From an uncultured Eubacteriales bacterium (GTDB taxonomy: Bacteria; Bacillota; Clostridia; Lachnospirales; Anaerotignaceae), in the NCBI GenBank assembly GCA_949743895.1, contig CATJUX010000044.1, positions 3,850 through 67,849 of the forward strand: 64,000 nucleotides of DNA, written 5' to 3'. Both the position numbers and the translations under genes were made by a program. Positions 1 to 13,726 of the stretch are shown here, in pieces. Numbering within the stretch: position 1 is the stretch's first letter; each line of letters opens with the position of its first letter. Under the pieces are notes generated by a model, which saw nothing but the letters and a program-made list of their open reading frames with translations, searched no databases and was not told where the DNA came from.

Positions 1-1054
1 TTAGAGGAAATGGGGGCTTCACTTTGACGTCGCTAATTCCCGGGAAAAAATAAACGAACTGGAAAGCATAGCAGGCGATCCAGATTTTTGGAACGACATG
101 GAAAAAGCGAAAAAAATACTTCAGCAAACAGCAGCGCTTAAAGGCAAAGTCAATGGCTATGATTCCCTTGTGAGCAAATATGAAGACATATACACTTTAA
201 TTGAAATGGGCAAGGAGGAGGAAGACCCCGAACTTTTGGAAGAAGCAAAAATGCTTAGAACCGAGTTTGAAAAGGACTTTGACTCTCTTAAAATATCCAC
301 GCTTCTTGACGGTGAATATGACAAGGAAAATGCCATTATAACACTTCATGCGGGAGCAGGAGGAACAGAAGCCTGTGACTGGGTGAGCATGCTTATGCGA
401 ATGTACATGAGATGGGCTGAAAAACGCGGTTTTGAAGTTGAAACTTTGGACTATCTTGCTGGAGATGAGGCAGGAGTCAAAAGCGTGACAATACAGATAA
501 ACGGCGAAAATGCATATGGATATATGAAAAGTGAAAAAGGAGTTCACAGGCTTGTGAGAGTTTCGCCGTTCGACTCGTCAGGAAGACGCCATACATCTTT
601 TGCAAGCTGTGATGTCATGCCTGAGATAAATGACGACATTGACATTGTTGTTGACCCTGATGACATAAGAGTTGACACATACCGCGCCAGTGGCGCCGGC
701 GGACAGCACGTGAACAAGACGTCATCCGCAATCCGCATAACTCACATGCCAACAGGAATTGTGGTTCAGTGCCAAAATGAGCGCAGCCAGCACAGCAACA
801 AGGACAGAGCCATGAAAATGCTTAAAAGCAAGCTCCTTGAACTGAAAATTGAGGAACAAATGCAGAAGTTGGCCGAGATACGTGGCGACATAAAAGAAAT
901 TGGCTGGGGCAGCCAGATTAGAAGCTATGTGTTCATGCCATACACAATGGTTAAGGATCACCGCACAAGTGAGGAAACCGGGAACATAAACGCCGTTATG
1001 GATGGCAGCATTGACAGTTTTATAAATGCCTATTTAGGTTGGATACACAGCTGA
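1..1054 (+). CDS. prfB: Peptide chain release factor 2; 5' end lies outside the window; programmed +1 frameshift at 22-28
   Basis: ORF 98..1054 contains [11 protein letters not shown] and GAGGQHVN motifs. Frame 1 reads LEEMGASL-stop (CTT TGA at 22-27). The +1 frame from GAC at 26 is open into the ORF ([25 protein letters not shown]). Confidence 0.97.
10..28 (+). other. RF2 programmed +1 ribosomal frameshift site (internal SD-like GGGGG followed by CTT TGA C)
   Basis: ATGGGGGCTTCACTTTGAC matches the conserved prfB slippery site. Confidence 0.95.
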
Positions 1055-1066
1055 CGAGGTAGCTTG

Positions 1067-2068
1067 ATGAAAGAAATTAAAATTTTGAGCGGTGATGCCA
1101 ATCAGCGCATTGACAAGTTTTTGTTTAAGTATTTTAATGCAGCGCCAAAATCGTTTGTATATAAAATGCTCAGAAAAAAGCGCATTAAGCGCAACGGCAA
1201 AAAAGCTGACGGAAATGAAATGCTTGCATGTGGTGACACATTGCAGATGTATCTTTCGGAGGACACAATTGATTCTTTTATAGAAGAAAAAACTGTGAAC
1301 AAGGCTGAAAGACATTTTGGAATTATATATGAAGACGAAAACATCATTGTTGTTTTGAAACCGGCAGGGCTTCTTGTTCATCCTGACAGGGCCGGGGACA
1401 GAAATTCACTCACGGATCAGATTCTTTATTATTTGAACCAAAAGGGACAATATGATCCATCAAAAAGCAATGGCTTCACTCCTGCCGTTTGCAACCGCCT
1501 CGACAGAAACACAGGCGGCATTGTGATTGCGGGAAAAACCCTTGCCGCTGTTGCTGAAGTGAACAGAATGATTGCCAGAAGGGAAATTAAAAAACTGTAT
1601 TTGACAATGGTTAAGGGCGAATTTGCTAAGGAACGTGAACTTTTCGGCTATCACATCAAAGATGAACTCTCAAACAAAGTTAAAATATTAAAAAAAGAAA
1701 TGCCAGGAGCAAAAAAGGTATATACAAAGGTCAGGCCGCTGTGCATCAAAAATAATTTTTCACTGCTTGAGATAGACTTGATCACGGGCAAAAGCCATCA
1801 GATACGTGCACACTTAAAGTCTATGGGACACTGTGTTGTTGGCGACAGAAAGTATGGCGATGAAAGAGTGAACAGAATCTTCAAAGAAAAATATGGTCTT
1901 GACAGCCAGTTCCTTTTTGCGCATACAATTGTTTTTGGCAAAAACAACGGTATACTTGAATATTTATCCGACAAGAAATTTACGGCATCATTGCCCGCGG
2001 TTTTTGAAGCCATAAAAAAAGACTGTTTTGGCAACTGTGCTGAAAATTATGACAAGGAGGAGATTTGA
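1067..2068 (+). CDS. RluA-family pseudouridine synthase with N-terminal S4 domain
   Basis: QRIDKFL S4 start, KPAGLLVH, catalytic NRLDRNTGG, TGKSHQIRAH. Confidence 0.92.
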   Translation: MKEIKILSGDANQRIDKFLFKYFNAAPKSFVYKMLRKKRIKRNGKKADGNEMLACGDTLQMYLSEDTIDSFIEEKTVNKAERHFGIIYEDENIIVVLKPAGLLVHPDRAGDRNSLTDQILYYLNQKGQYDPSKSNGFTPAVCNRLDRNTGGIVIAGKTLAAVAEVNRMIARREIKKLYLTMVKGEFAKERELFGYHIKDELSNKVKILKKEMPGAKKVYTKVRPLCIKNNFSLLEIDLITGKSHQIRAHLKSMGHCVVGDRKYGDERVNRIFKEKYGLDSQFLFAHTIVFGKNNGILEYLSDKKFTASLPAVFEAIKKDCFGNCAENYDKEEI

Positions 2069-2811
2069 TGAAAGCTATCATATTGGCGGCAGGATATGCA
2101 ACAAGGCTTTATCCGCTGACCATAAACACACCAAAAGCGTTGTTGCCAATAAACGGAAAACCGATAATCAACTATATAATCGAACAGATTGAAACATTGG
2201 ATGACATTGATGAAATTGTTGTTGTCAGCAACCACAAATTTGCTCCAAATGTTGAAAAATGGGCGCTTGAGTCAAATTTTTCAAAGCCCGTTTGTGTTCT
2301 TGACGACAACACTGTCAGTGAAGAAACAAGGCTTGGCGCCATAGGCGACATACGTTTTGCCATCAACAAAAAAAACATCAACAGTGACATTGTCATCATT
2401 GCTGGAGACAATCTTTTCACATTCAGCCTCAAAAAATATTATGAATTTTTTGTGGAAAAGCAGACAGACTGTGTTTGCGTGAAACCTTTTGACGATGTTG
2501 AGCTTTTGAAGCAATATGGAGTTGCGGAGGTTGACAAAAACGGCCGGTTGATTGATGTTGAGGAAAAACCAGAAAATCCCAAAAGCAATTTTGCCGTGTT
2601 TGCAACATATATGTATAAAAAAGACACTATACCGCTTTTTGATGAATATATCAACAGCGGCGGCAACCCTGATGCTCCTGGATATTTTGTTGAATGGCTT
2701 TGCAAAAGGAAAGAAATTCATGCGTTTATGTTTGAGGAAGAATGCTATGATATAGGAACGCCAAAGAGTCTTCAAATGGTTTCTGAAATATTTGCGGACA
2801 AGCAAATTTGA
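2068..2811 (+). CDS. Nucleotidyltransferase (sugar-1-phosphate NTP-transferase family)
   Basis: ILAAGYATRLYPLT..PKALL, AGDN, EEKP; SD AAGGAGG. Confidence 0.9.
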   Translation: MKAIILAAGYATRLYPLTINTPKALLPINGKPIINYIIEQIETLDDIDEIVVVSNHKFAPNVEKWALESNFSKPVCVLDDNTVSEETRLGAIGDIRFAINKKNINSDIVIIAGDNLFTFSLKKYYEFFVEKQTDCVCVKPFDDVELLKQYGVAEVDKNGRLIDVEEKPENPKSNFAVFATYMYKKDTIPLFDEYINSGGNPDAPGYFVEWLCKRKEIHAFMFEEECYDIGTPKSLQMVSEIFADKQI

Positions 2812-2846
2812 AACACTATTTGATGTGCGACAAAGGAGGACATGCA

Positions 2847-3710
2847 GTGAGAAAAATTGGTTTTATAGGCATTGGGGTTATGGGTGAATCAATGGCACGG
2901 AACATCATGAAAAAGGGTTTTGATGTGTCTGTTTACACAAGAACAAAATCAAAGGCCGACAAAATTGTTTCGGAGGGCGCGAAATGGTGCGACTCTGTCA
3001 AAGAATGTTCTGCTGACGCCGATGCGATTATCACAATTGTGGGCTATCCAAAAGACGTTGAAGAAGTGTATTTGGGCGAAAATGGAATAATAAGCAGTGC
3101 CAAAAAAGGCGCTTATGTGATTGATATGACAACAACAAGCCCCAGACTTTCGGAAAAAATATTCAAAGTGGCGGCAGAAAGTGGAATAAAGGCGCTTGAC
3201 GCGCCTGTGAGCGGCGGCGATGTTGGCGCCAAGAATGGAACCCTGGCAATCATGGTTGGAGGGCTCAAAGAAGATTTTGATGCATGTCTTCCCCTTTTTG
3301 AGGCAATGGGAACAAACATAAAATATGAAGGCCCGGCCGGAAGCGGACAGCATGTGAAAATGGCAAACCAGATTGCCATAGCAGGGGCAGTTTGCGGCGT
3401 TGCAGAAGCAATTGGTTATGCATCGGCCATGGGTGTTGACATAGACACAATGCTGAACACAATTTCAAGCGGTGCGGCCGGAAGCTGGCAGCTTTCAAAC
3501 AACGGCCCCAAAATGTCCAGTGGCGATTATGCGCCGGGATTTTTTATAAAACATTTTATAAAAGATATGAAAATTGCATGTGATGAAGCTGAAGACAAAG
3601 GCATTGAACTTAGTGTTCTTAAAGATGTGTGCTCGAAATATATTTCTTTAGAAGAAAAAGGAATGGGCAATCTTGGAACTCAGGCAATAATTGAATATTA
3701 CAAAAAATAA
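2847..3710 (+). CDS. NAD(P)-dependent beta-hydroxyacid dehydrogenase (3-hydroxyisobutyrate/2-hydroxy-3-oxopropionate reductase family)
   Basis: IGFIGIGVMG Rossmann motif, LDAPVSGG, catalytic K in VKMANQ; GTG start after AAAGGAGG. Confidence 0.9.
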   Translation: MRKIGFIGIGVMGESMARNIMKKGFDVSVYTRTKSKADKIVSEGAKWCDSVKECSADADAIITIVGYPKDVEEVYLGENGIISSAKKGAYVIDMTTTSPRLSEKIFKVAAESGIKALDAPVSGGDVGAKNGTLAIMVGGLKEDFDACLPLFEAMGTNIKYEGPAGSGQHVKMANQIAIAGAVCGVAEAIGYASAMGVDIDTMLNTISSGAAGSWQLSNNGPKMSSGDYAPGFFIKHFIKDMKIACDEAEDKGIELSVLKDVCSKYISLEEKGMGNLGTQAIIEYYKK

Positions 3711-3964
3711 AATTCAACATATTGTGTGAAAATTTGTTTTTTGAATTTTCAAATCACAGAGAATGGCGGCATAAACTGCAACAGCGTGATACATTGCTGA
3801 TATGTGACATATATAATTACTGCATATTTCACAACGGCAATTGAATGCAGAGTTTGTGAAATTTGTCTGACAAAGTGTCAGGCATGCTGAAAAAATCTGT
3901 TGTTCAATCGGGAAGCTGACTGTGCAGTTTTTGTTGCGAATTAAAAAATATTTTTGACTTATAG

Positions 3965-4016
3965 ATAATGATGTGGCTGTTAATGTGTGAAAACAGCCGC
4001 ATCATTATTATTTTTT
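3965..4016. terminator. Intrinsic terminator between convergent genes
   Basis: ATAATGATGTGGCTGTT / AACAGCCGCATCATTAT stem followed by a T tract. Confidence 0.7.
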
Positions 4017-4130
4017 GCATAAATTTGAAAAACGAGGTGCGAATATCCGCATGCTGTTTCCAGAATTTTTGCAAATCAATTTGTTTAACAGCACATTCAT
4101 ATTTGTTTTTTGATTAACTTTTTCCAAAAA

Positions 4131-5291
4131 TCAAAGTATTTTGAAATTTGAGAAATAACACATTGAAGGAGCAAAATTTTCTATTTTAAGAAATTTTTTG
4201 ATGCCTATAACAGCGCCACCATACATTGAAGCGTTGGACTTAAGCATGGAACGGTATAATATGCCCTTGTTTTCGCCAAGGCTGTTTTTTAACCGGAGAA
4301 AAATTTCGTCAAAATATATTGTGAATGGACTGTTTATCACTATTATTTCTGGATTATAAAGACGAATTATATTTTTCAATGCTATTGACATATACTTTAT
4401 AAAATGGCTGGCGGCATTTTGGGCTGAAACGTCGTTTGAATTGAATAGCCGGCGAAATTCATCAAATGACACGGAGTGTTGCTTTTGTTCCGACACTATT
4501 TTCAAAATTGACGGAACAGAGGCATATAGATCAAGACAGCCGCGGTTTCCACATGGACATTCAACGCCGCTGGCTTCGATTGTCATGTGGCTTATGTCGC
4601 ACGCTTGTCCGGCGCTTCCCAAAAACAGGTGACCGTCAGATATAAGGCCCATGTTTACAGAATTGCATATGTTGACAAGGGCTATGTTTTTGACATGTGC
4701 AGAATAAAGATTTTCTCCCAAAACTCCAAGACATGCTGTGTTGTAAACAAAAACAGGAACTCCAAATTCATCAAAAAGTTCCAATTCAAAATCAATTTCA
4801 GACAAACCCTCAATGACGGAATATATTATATGATTGTTTTTTACAAGGCACTCGCATGAAAGCACAATGTTCACAACACCATAGTCGCTGTTTGGAAGCT
4901 CGATTATACATTTATCAACAGCTTCTTTTATCACAGAAATGATTTCTTCGTGCTCAAGGAACAAAAAACTTGAGGAAAGAACTCTTTGGCCGCCCATATC
5001 AAATGCCATGAGACGGATTGCTCCTTTTTCAATTTCAATTGATATTATAAACCCGCAGTTGCTTTTGAGTTTCAGCATTGTGCTTTTGCGCCCAACGCCG
5101 TTTCCAAATGTCCCGGTTTCCTCAACAAGGCCGCTGTCGATGAGTTCTTGTGTTATGGAAGAAATTGTGCCTTTTGTGAGGCCGGTTATTTTTGAAATGT
5201 CAATTCTTGACAAAGGAGCATGTTTTATTATGGTTTCAATCACAGAGGAAGTGTTCATATCGCGTATAAGTTCTTTGGTGCCTTTCACCAT
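4131..5291 (-). CDS. ROK-family transcriptional regulator
   Basis: N-terminal HTH (LSRIDISKITGLTKGTISSI) and CPCGNRGCL zinc motif. Confidence 0.9.
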   Translation of the reverse strand: MVKGTKELIRDMNTSSVIETIIKHAPLSRIDISKITGLTKGTISSITQELIDSGLVEETGTFGNGVGRKSTMLKLKSNCGFIISIEIEKGAIRLMAFDMGGQRVLSSSFLFLEHEEIISVIKEAVDKCIIELPNSDYGVVNIVLSCECLVKNNHIIYSVIEGLSEIDFELELFDEFGVPVFVYNTACLGVLGENLYSAHVKNIALVNICNSVNMGLISDGHLFLGSAGQACDISHMTIEASGVECPCGNRGCLDLYASVPSILKIVSEQKQHSVSFDEFRRLFNSNDVSAQNAASHFIKYMSIALKNIIRLYNPEIIVINSPFTIYFDEIFLRLKNSLGENKGILYRSMLKSNASMYGGAVIGIKKFLKIENFAPSMCYFSNFKIL

Positions 5292-5632
5292 TTTGTTTGC
5301 CCCCTTAATATTTTGAAGGTATGTAATAAGTATATATCTGAATGTATATTTTTACAATAAGCGGTATTGACTATATATGTTTGAGACTGAAAAAATAGGC
5401 AAAAGCAGACCGGAAGTTTTATGGCTGTATATGTGTGGCATGTGATGTTTTTTGTTTCATGAACATTGACAAAATAATGTCGCTGTTTTGGTAAAATTTT
5501 ACAAAAAAATTTCGGTTTTATGACGTAAGCATGGCACAAAATTGTATAAAATTTATATGGAAAAACGATGAAATCAAATGTCAAAAAGACTTCATTAAGC
5601 TGTCATGCGGAATGAATGGGTTATAGATAATC

Positions 5633-5661
5633 TTGACAAAAACAATTATTTGCTTTAATAT
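5633..5661 (+). promoter_or_regulatory. Putative sigma-A promoter of the V-ATPase operon
   Basis: TTGACA-17 bp-TAATAT. Confidence 0.55.
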
Positions 5662-5856
5662 GGTAATTGTATATTTAGGATAGAAAAATTTTAATTAGTT
5701 TGATATTATTATGTCTTTTTTTGCAGTATTGAACGTATTTTGAGGTTGGTTATTATAATTATTTGCCTTATTTTGAAAAATATTTGGCAGATTAATTTTT
5801 TAACGATTTAGGAGCGGTCTTTTAAGCCGCACCAAAGTGCAAAAGGGGTGATATAG

Positions 5857-6169
5857 ATGGCTTTTGAAATTATCAAGAATATTGTTGAGGCGGAAAAGGA
5901 GGCGGATTCGATAAAGCTAAAAGCCGTGGGCGACTCAGACGAAATTAGAAAAAACGCAGCGGCAAAAGCTGAAAAACTGCTGAAAGACGCCAAAGACGAA
6001 GCCGGAGCAGTTGAAAAAATGCTTGTGGAAGAAGCTGTGGCTCAGGGGAAAAAGGAAGCAGAAAAAATAATTGCCGCAGCCGGCGAGGAATGCTCCAAAG
6101 TTTTGGAAGCAGCACAGGCTAAAAAAGCAGATGCTGTTAAAGCGGTCATAGGAAAGGTCGTGGGCATTG

Positions 6170-6183
<14 letters not shown>
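5857..6183 (+). CDS. V/A-type ATPase subunit H/G (peripheral stalk)
   Basis: Charged coiled coil (IKNIVEAEKEAD) as first gene of the operon. Confidence 0.8.
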
Positions 6184-8640
<2,457 letters not shown>

Positions 8641-8675
8641 TAAATAAAAATCCAAGAAAAGGAGGACAGGCTCCT

Positions 8676-9236
8676 ATGAGTAGCAGCAATGGTAAAAATA
8701 TTATAGATAAAATACTGGCCGACGCCAAAGCTGAAGCCGACAAAACCATTGATTTGGCTCAGGGTGAAGCGGGAGAGGTTATATCAGCGGCTGAACAAAG
8801 GGCTGAAAAAGAAAAAGCCGCAATTTATGAACTTTCAAAAGCAGCGGCTGAAAAAGCAAAAGCCAAAGAAATTTCATCAGCTGAAATGCAGGCAAAATCA
8901 ATGGTTCTTTCTCAAAAACAAAAGTGCATTGAGGAAGTTATAGAAGAGGCGGCCCGCAAACTTTCACAGCTTACTGACGACGAGTATAAAGTTATTATAA
9001 AAACTATGGTTAAAAGTGCCCCAAGTGGCGAAATTATACTTTCCAAGAAAGACGTTGAGCTTCTTGAAAGCGAACTTAAAGGCATGGATCGAACAATTTC
9101 ATCCGAAACACGTGATATTGACGGTGGATTTGTTGTTAAAAACGGCGATGTTGAATATAATTACTCATTTGAATCCATAATTTCTGTAGAGAAAGAAACA
9201 ATTGAACAGCTGGCGGCCAAAATGCTGTTTGGCTGA
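8676..9236 (+). CDS. ntpE: V/A-type ATPase subunit E
   Basis: Helical N-terminus plus IDGGFVV..NYSFE; operon position. Confidence 0.88.
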   Translation: MSSSNGKNIIDKILADAKAEADKTIDLAQGEAGEVISAAEQRAEKEKAAIYELSKAAAEKAKAKEISSAEMQAKSMVLSQKQKCIEEVIEEAARKLSQLTDDEYKVIIKTMVKSAPSGEIILSKKDVELLESELKGMDRTISSETRDIDGGFVVKNGDVEYNYSFESIISVEKETIEQLAAKMLFG

Positions 9237-9260
9237 ACACTTAAACGGGGAGGTTTTTAA

Positions 9261-10235
9261 ATGGCGAAAGAAAAGATTTACCCCTATGCCGTGGCGCGCA
9301 TCAGGATGCTTGAGCGTTTTCTTCTCACAGAAAAAAGTTATATCCAAATGGCTGAAGCCAAAAACATTGATGACGTTCTTAAAATACTTTCAGAAGCAGG
9401 ATATGGCGCGGCAGATCAGCTCACTGTTAAAAACTATGAAGCGGCACTTGCCGATCGCCTCGAAAAAGCATATGGCAGTGTGGCCGAGCTTGTTGACGGA
9501 CAAAACTTTATGGATGTTTTTCTTTTGAAAAATGACTATCAAAATATAAAAGTTTTGATGAAAGAGGAGTTGTCTGGCGTTAAAGGCGAAAACTATATTG
9601 TTGACGGCGGAACAGTTAAAGCCGCTGAAATTCAGGCAGCGTTTAACAAAAAGAACTATGACTCACTCCCATCAAACATGGCAAAAGCCATAGAAGAAGC
9701 CTATGACGCTTACAGCAAAACAATGAGCGGACAAAGCATAGACATTGTTCTTGACAGAGCAGCTTTTGGCGACATGATTAAACGTGCAGGCGAAAGCGGC
9801 ATTGATTTCATTAAAAAATATATGGAACTGACATGCGACGTCACAAACCTCAAAAGCTTCATGCGTGTGCGCAACATGAAAAAGCCGTTTGACATGTTTG
9901 CTGAAGTGTATGTTGAAGGCGGAAGCATGAGCCTTGAATTTTTCAGACAGGGCTTTGGCGCAGAAAGTGCAGCGTCGGCGTTCAAAGGAAGCAGCTATTC
10001 TGCATTGGCGGAGGGCATGTCGGAAGGCTTCACAGCTTTTGAGAAAAAGTGTGACAATTTTATTATGGCATATATTAGAGAGGCCAAATACAAATCGCTG
10101 ACAATAGAGCCTTTGGTGGCCTATATCTATGCTGTGGAAACTGAAGTCAAAACAGTCAGAATTATACTCAACAGCAAAATAAACGACATTGACAGCGAAA
10201 TTATTAAAGAAAGGCTGAGGGATGCTTATGTATAA
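9261..10235 (+). CDS. ntpC: V/A-type ATPase subunit C
   Basis: YAVARIR, EPLVAY..E.EVKTVRII..K, ERLRDAYV. Confidence 0.92.
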   Translation: MAKEKIYPYAVARIRMLERFLLTEKSYIQMAEAKNIDDVLKILSEAGYGAADQLTVKNYEAALADRLEKAYGSVAELVDGQNFMDVFLLKNDYQNIKVLMKEELSGVKGENYIVDGGTVKAAEIQAAFNKKNYDSLPSNMAKAIEEAYDAYSKTMSGQSIDIVLDRAAFGDMIKRAGESGIDFIKKYMELTCDVTNLKSFMRVRNMKKPFDMFAEVYVEGGSMSLEFFRQGFGAESAASAFKGSSYSALAEGMSEGFTAFEKKCDNFIMAYIREAKYKSLTIEPLVAYIYAVETEVKTVRIILNSKINDIDSEIIKERLRDAYV

Positions 10236-10548
10236 AGTTGGCGTTATAGGCGACAAAGACAGCGTTATGGGATTTCTCGCCTTGGGCATTGATATATATC
10301 CGGTTTATGAGGCTGATGAAGTTAAAAGAACCATACATAAACTGGCCGAAGAAGAATATGCCATAATTTATATCACTGAAGACGCCAAACTTTTGGCAGG
10401 AGACGTTATCGACAGATATAAAGACGCCAAACTTCCGGCAATCATTGTTGTTCCGGGAATAGGCGGCAGCAAGGGCATTGGGCTTAACGAGATAAGAGAA
10501 TCAGCAAAGCGCGCCATTGGCGTGGATATATTGTTTGAAAACAACTAA
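10228..10548 (+). CDS. ntpG: V/A-type ATPase subunit F
   Basis: KVGVIGDKDSVMGF, PAII.VPG, AIGVDI. Confidence 0.92.
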   Translation: MYKVGVIGDKDSVMGFLALGIDIYPVYEADEVKRTIHKLAEEEYAIIYITEDAKLLAGDVIDRYKDAKLPAIIVVPGIGGSKGIGLNEIRESAKRAIGVDILFENN

Positions 10549-10572
10549 TATAAGAATTGAGTGGTGATAAAA

Positions 10573-12351
10573 ATGAGTACAGGCACAATAGTTAAAGTGT
10601 CAGGCCCGCTGGTTATTGCTGAAGGAATGCGGGACGCAAACATGTTTGACATTGTAAGGGTGTCCGAAAAGCACCTTATAGGTGAAATTATAGAGATGCA
10701 CGGCGACAGAGCCTCCGTTCAGGTTTATGAAGAAACAGCCGGGCTTGGGCCAGGAGAAGAAGTTGTTTCATTGGGTCAGCCTATGTCAGTTGAATTAGGC
10801 CCAGGGCTTATATCAACAATATATGACGGAATTCAGCGCCCGCTTGAAAAGCTTTATAAGCTCAGCGGCGACAACATTCAAAGAGGAATTGAAGTTCCTT
10901 CTTTGGACAGAGAGAAAAAATGGGATTTCAAACCAACTGTCAAAGTTGGCGACAAAGTTAAAGGCGGCGACATAATAGGCGTTGTTCAGGAAACGCCTGT
11001 TGTTGAATGCCGTATAATGGTTCCTCCGGGACTTGGCGGAACAGTTAAGGTTATAAAAAGCGGCGAATTCACAGTTGAGGAAGAAGTCTGCGTTATAACA
11101 AACGAAAAGGGCGCCGACGTTACAATGTCAATGATGCAGAAATGGCCTGTTCGTAAAGAACGCCCATATGCTGCAAAGGAAAGTCCTGACAGCCTTCTTG
11201 TCACAGGACAAAGAGTTATAGACACATTCTTCCCAATCACAAAAGGCGGCGTTGCCGCTATACCAGGGCCTTTCGGAAGCGGAAAAACTGTGACACAGCA
11301 CCAGATTGCAAAATGGGCCGATGCTGACATAGTTGTATACATTGGCTGCGGCGAGCGCGGAAACGAAATGACAGACGTTTTGCTTGAGTTCCCTGAACTT
11401 AAAGACCCTCGCACTGGCGAAAGCCTCATGCAGAGAACAGTTCTCATTGCCAACACAAGCGACATGCCTGTTGCGGCACGCGAAGCTTCAATATATACAG
11501 GAATCACAATTGCAGAGTTCTTTAGAGACATGGGATATTCGGTTGCACTTATGGCCGACTCAACAAGCCGTTGGGCCGAGGCGCTGCGTGAAATGAGCGG
11601 TCGTCTTGAGGAAATGCCCGGTGAAGAAGGCTATCCGGCATATCTCGGAAGCCGTCTTGCACAGTTCTATGAAAGAGCTGGCCGTGTTCAGTGCCTTGGA
11701 AGCGACGAAACAAGAAGGGGAAGCCTGACGGCTATTGGAGCCGTTTCGCCTCCAGGCGGTGACACTTCAGAGCCTGTCAGCCAAGGAACATTGCGTATTG
11801 TCAAAGTGTTCTGGGGCCTTGACGCTTCTCTTGCTTACAAACGTCACTTCCCGGCTATAAACTGGCTCACAAGCTATTCGCTTTATCAAGACAAAATTGA
11901 CGTTTGGGCTGACAAAAACGTAAACAGCAGCTTCTCAAGCAAAAGAGCTTTGGCAATGAGCCTTCTTCAAACGGAAGCAGAGCTCAACGAAATTGTTCAG
12001 CTTGTTGGTGTTGACTCGCTTTCGCACAGTGACAGGCTCATTCTTGAAACAGCACGTTCAATAAGAGAGGACTTCCTTCATCAGAACTCATTCCATGAGA
12101 TTGACACATATACTTCGCTTCACAAACAGTATAGAATGTTAAGCCTCATACTTAAATTCTATGAGGAAGCCGGAAAAGCTATAAAGGCTGGAGTTTCAAT
12201 ATTGCAGATAACAAAACTCCCTGTGATAGAAAGAATTGGCCGTGCCAAATATTTCCCTGAAAACGAGGTTGACGGCGCTTATAACGACATAGAAAACAGC
12301 ATTGTTTCGGAAATAGAAGAAATAATCAAGAAGGGGGCTGAAGAATTATGA
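10573..12351 (+). CDS. ntpA: V/A-type ATPase catalytic subunit A
   Basis: P-loop [28 protein letters not shown]. Confidence 0.98.
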   Translation: MSTGTIVKVSGPLVIAEGMRDANMFDIVRVSEKHLIGEIIEMHGDRASVQVYEETAGLGPGEEVVSLGQPMSVELGPGLISTIYDGIQRPLEKLYKLSGDNIQRGIEVPSLDREKKWDFKPTVKVGDKVKGGDIIGVVQETPVVECRIMVPPGLGGTVKVIKSGEFTVEEEVCVITNEKGADVTMSMMQKWPVRKERPYAAKESPDSLLVTGQRVIDTFFPITKGGVAAIPGPFGSGKTVTQHQIAKWADADIVVYIGCGERGNEMTDVLLEFPELKDPRTGESLMQRTVLIANTSDMPVAAREASIYTGITIAEFFRDMGYSVALMADSTSRWAEALREMSGRLEEMPGEEGYPAYLGSRLAQFYERAGRVQCLGSDETRRGSLTAIGAVSPPGGDTSEPVSQGTLRIVKVFWGLDASLAYKRHFPAINWLTSYSLYQDKIDVWADKNVNSSFSSKRALAMSLLQTEAELNEIVQLVGVDSLSHSDRLILETARSIREDFLHQNSFHEIDTYTSLHKQYRMLSLILKFYEEAGKAIKAGVSILQITKLPVIERIGRAKYFPENEVDGAYNDIENSIVSEIEEIIKKGAEEL

Positions 12352-13721
12352 TTAAAGAATATAGATCTATTCAGGAAGTAGCCGGCCCTCTTATGCTTGT
12401 CAGCGGTGTTGAAGGCGTTAAATATGACGAGCTTGGCGAAATTGAGCTTGCCAACGGCGAGATAAGACGCTGCAAGGTTTTGGAGGTTAACGGAAACACA
12501 GTTCTTGTTCAGCTTTTTGAAAACTCAACAGGCATCAACCTTTCCGACAGCAAAGTTAGATTTCTTGGAAAGAGCCTTGATTTTGGAGTTTCCCCTGACA
12601 TACTCGGCCGCGTTTTCAGCGGCATGGGCAAGCCAATTGACGGCGGCCCTGAAATTATACCAGAGAAAAGGCTGGATGTTAACGGCGCGCCTATCAACCC
12701 GGCAGCTCGTGACTATCCTTCCGAATTCATACAAACAGGTGTTTCCGCAATTGACGGACTTAACACACTTGTTAGAGGACAGAAACTCCCTATATTCTCG
12801 GTTTCGGGCCTTCCACACAACAATTTGGCTGTTCAGATTGCGCGTCAGGCAAAAGTTAGAGGAACTGACAGCAAATTCGCCGTTGTTTTTGCCGCTGTCG
12901 GCATAACATTTGAAGATGCGGAGTTCTTCATCAACGATTTTAAGGAAACAGGCGCCATAGACCGTTCTGTTGTGTTTGTAAATCTTGCCAACGACCCGGC
13001 TGTAGAACGTATCCAAACACCTAAAATGGCGCTTACAGCCGCCGAATATCTTGCTTTTGAGAAGAACATGCACGTTCTTGTTATAATAACAGACATTACA
13101 AACTATGCGGAGGCGCTGCGTGAAGTTTCAGCAGCCAAGAAAGAGGTTCCCGGCCGCCGTGGATACCCGGGCTATCTCTACACCGACCTTGCTACTATGT
13201 ATGAAAGAGCCGGCAAAAAAAGAGGCATAGACGGTTCAATAACAATGATACCTATTTTGACAATGCCTGAGGATGACAAAACTCACCCAATCCCTGACCT
13301 TACAGGATATATCACAGAAGGTCAGATTATGCTGAGCCGTGACCTTTATAAAAAAGGACTTCAGCCGCCTATCGACGTTCTTCCTTCCCTTAGCCGTTTG
13401 AAAGATAAAGGTATTGGCAAAGGAAAAACAAGAGAAGATCATGCCGACACAATGAACCAGCTTTTTGCCGCATATTCAAGGGGTAAAGACGCCAAAGAGC
13501 TCATGGCCATATTGGGTGAAAGTGCATTGACAGAGATTGATCTTTTATATGCTAAGTTTGCTGACGAGTTTGAAAAAGTTTATGTTTCACAAGGCTTCAA
13601 AACTGACAGAACAATTGAGCAAACACTGGAAACAGGATGGAATCTTTTGAAAATGTTCCCAAGAAGCGAGCTCAAACGTATCAGGGATGAATATCTTGAT
13701 GAATATATGCCTAAGGAGTGA
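12348..13721 (+). CDS. ntpB: V/A-type ATPase subunit B
   Basis: [34 protein letters not shown]. Confidence 0.98.
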   Translation: MIKEYRSIQEVAGPLMLVSGVEGVKYDELGEIELANGEIRRCKVLEVNGNTVLVQLFENSTGINLSDSKVRFLGKSLDFGVSPDILGRVFSGMGKPIDGGPEIIPEKRLDVNGAPINPAARDYPSEFIQTGVSAIDGLNTLVRGQKLPIFSVSGLPHNNLAVQIARQAKVRGTDSKFAVVFAAVGITFEDAEFFINDFKETGAIDRSVVFVNLANDPAVERIQTPKMALTAAEYLAFEKNMHVLVIITDITNYAEALREVSAAKKEVPGRRGYPGYLYTDLATMYERAGKKRGIDGSITMIPILTMPEDDKTHPIPDLTGYITEGQIMLSRDLYKKGLQPPIDVLPSLSRLKDKGIGKGKTREDHADTMNQLFAAYSRGKDAKELMAILGESALTEIDLLYAKFADEFEKVYVSQGFKTDRTIEQTLETGWNLLKMFPRSELKRIRDEYLDEYMPKE

Positions 13722-13726
13722 TTGCC

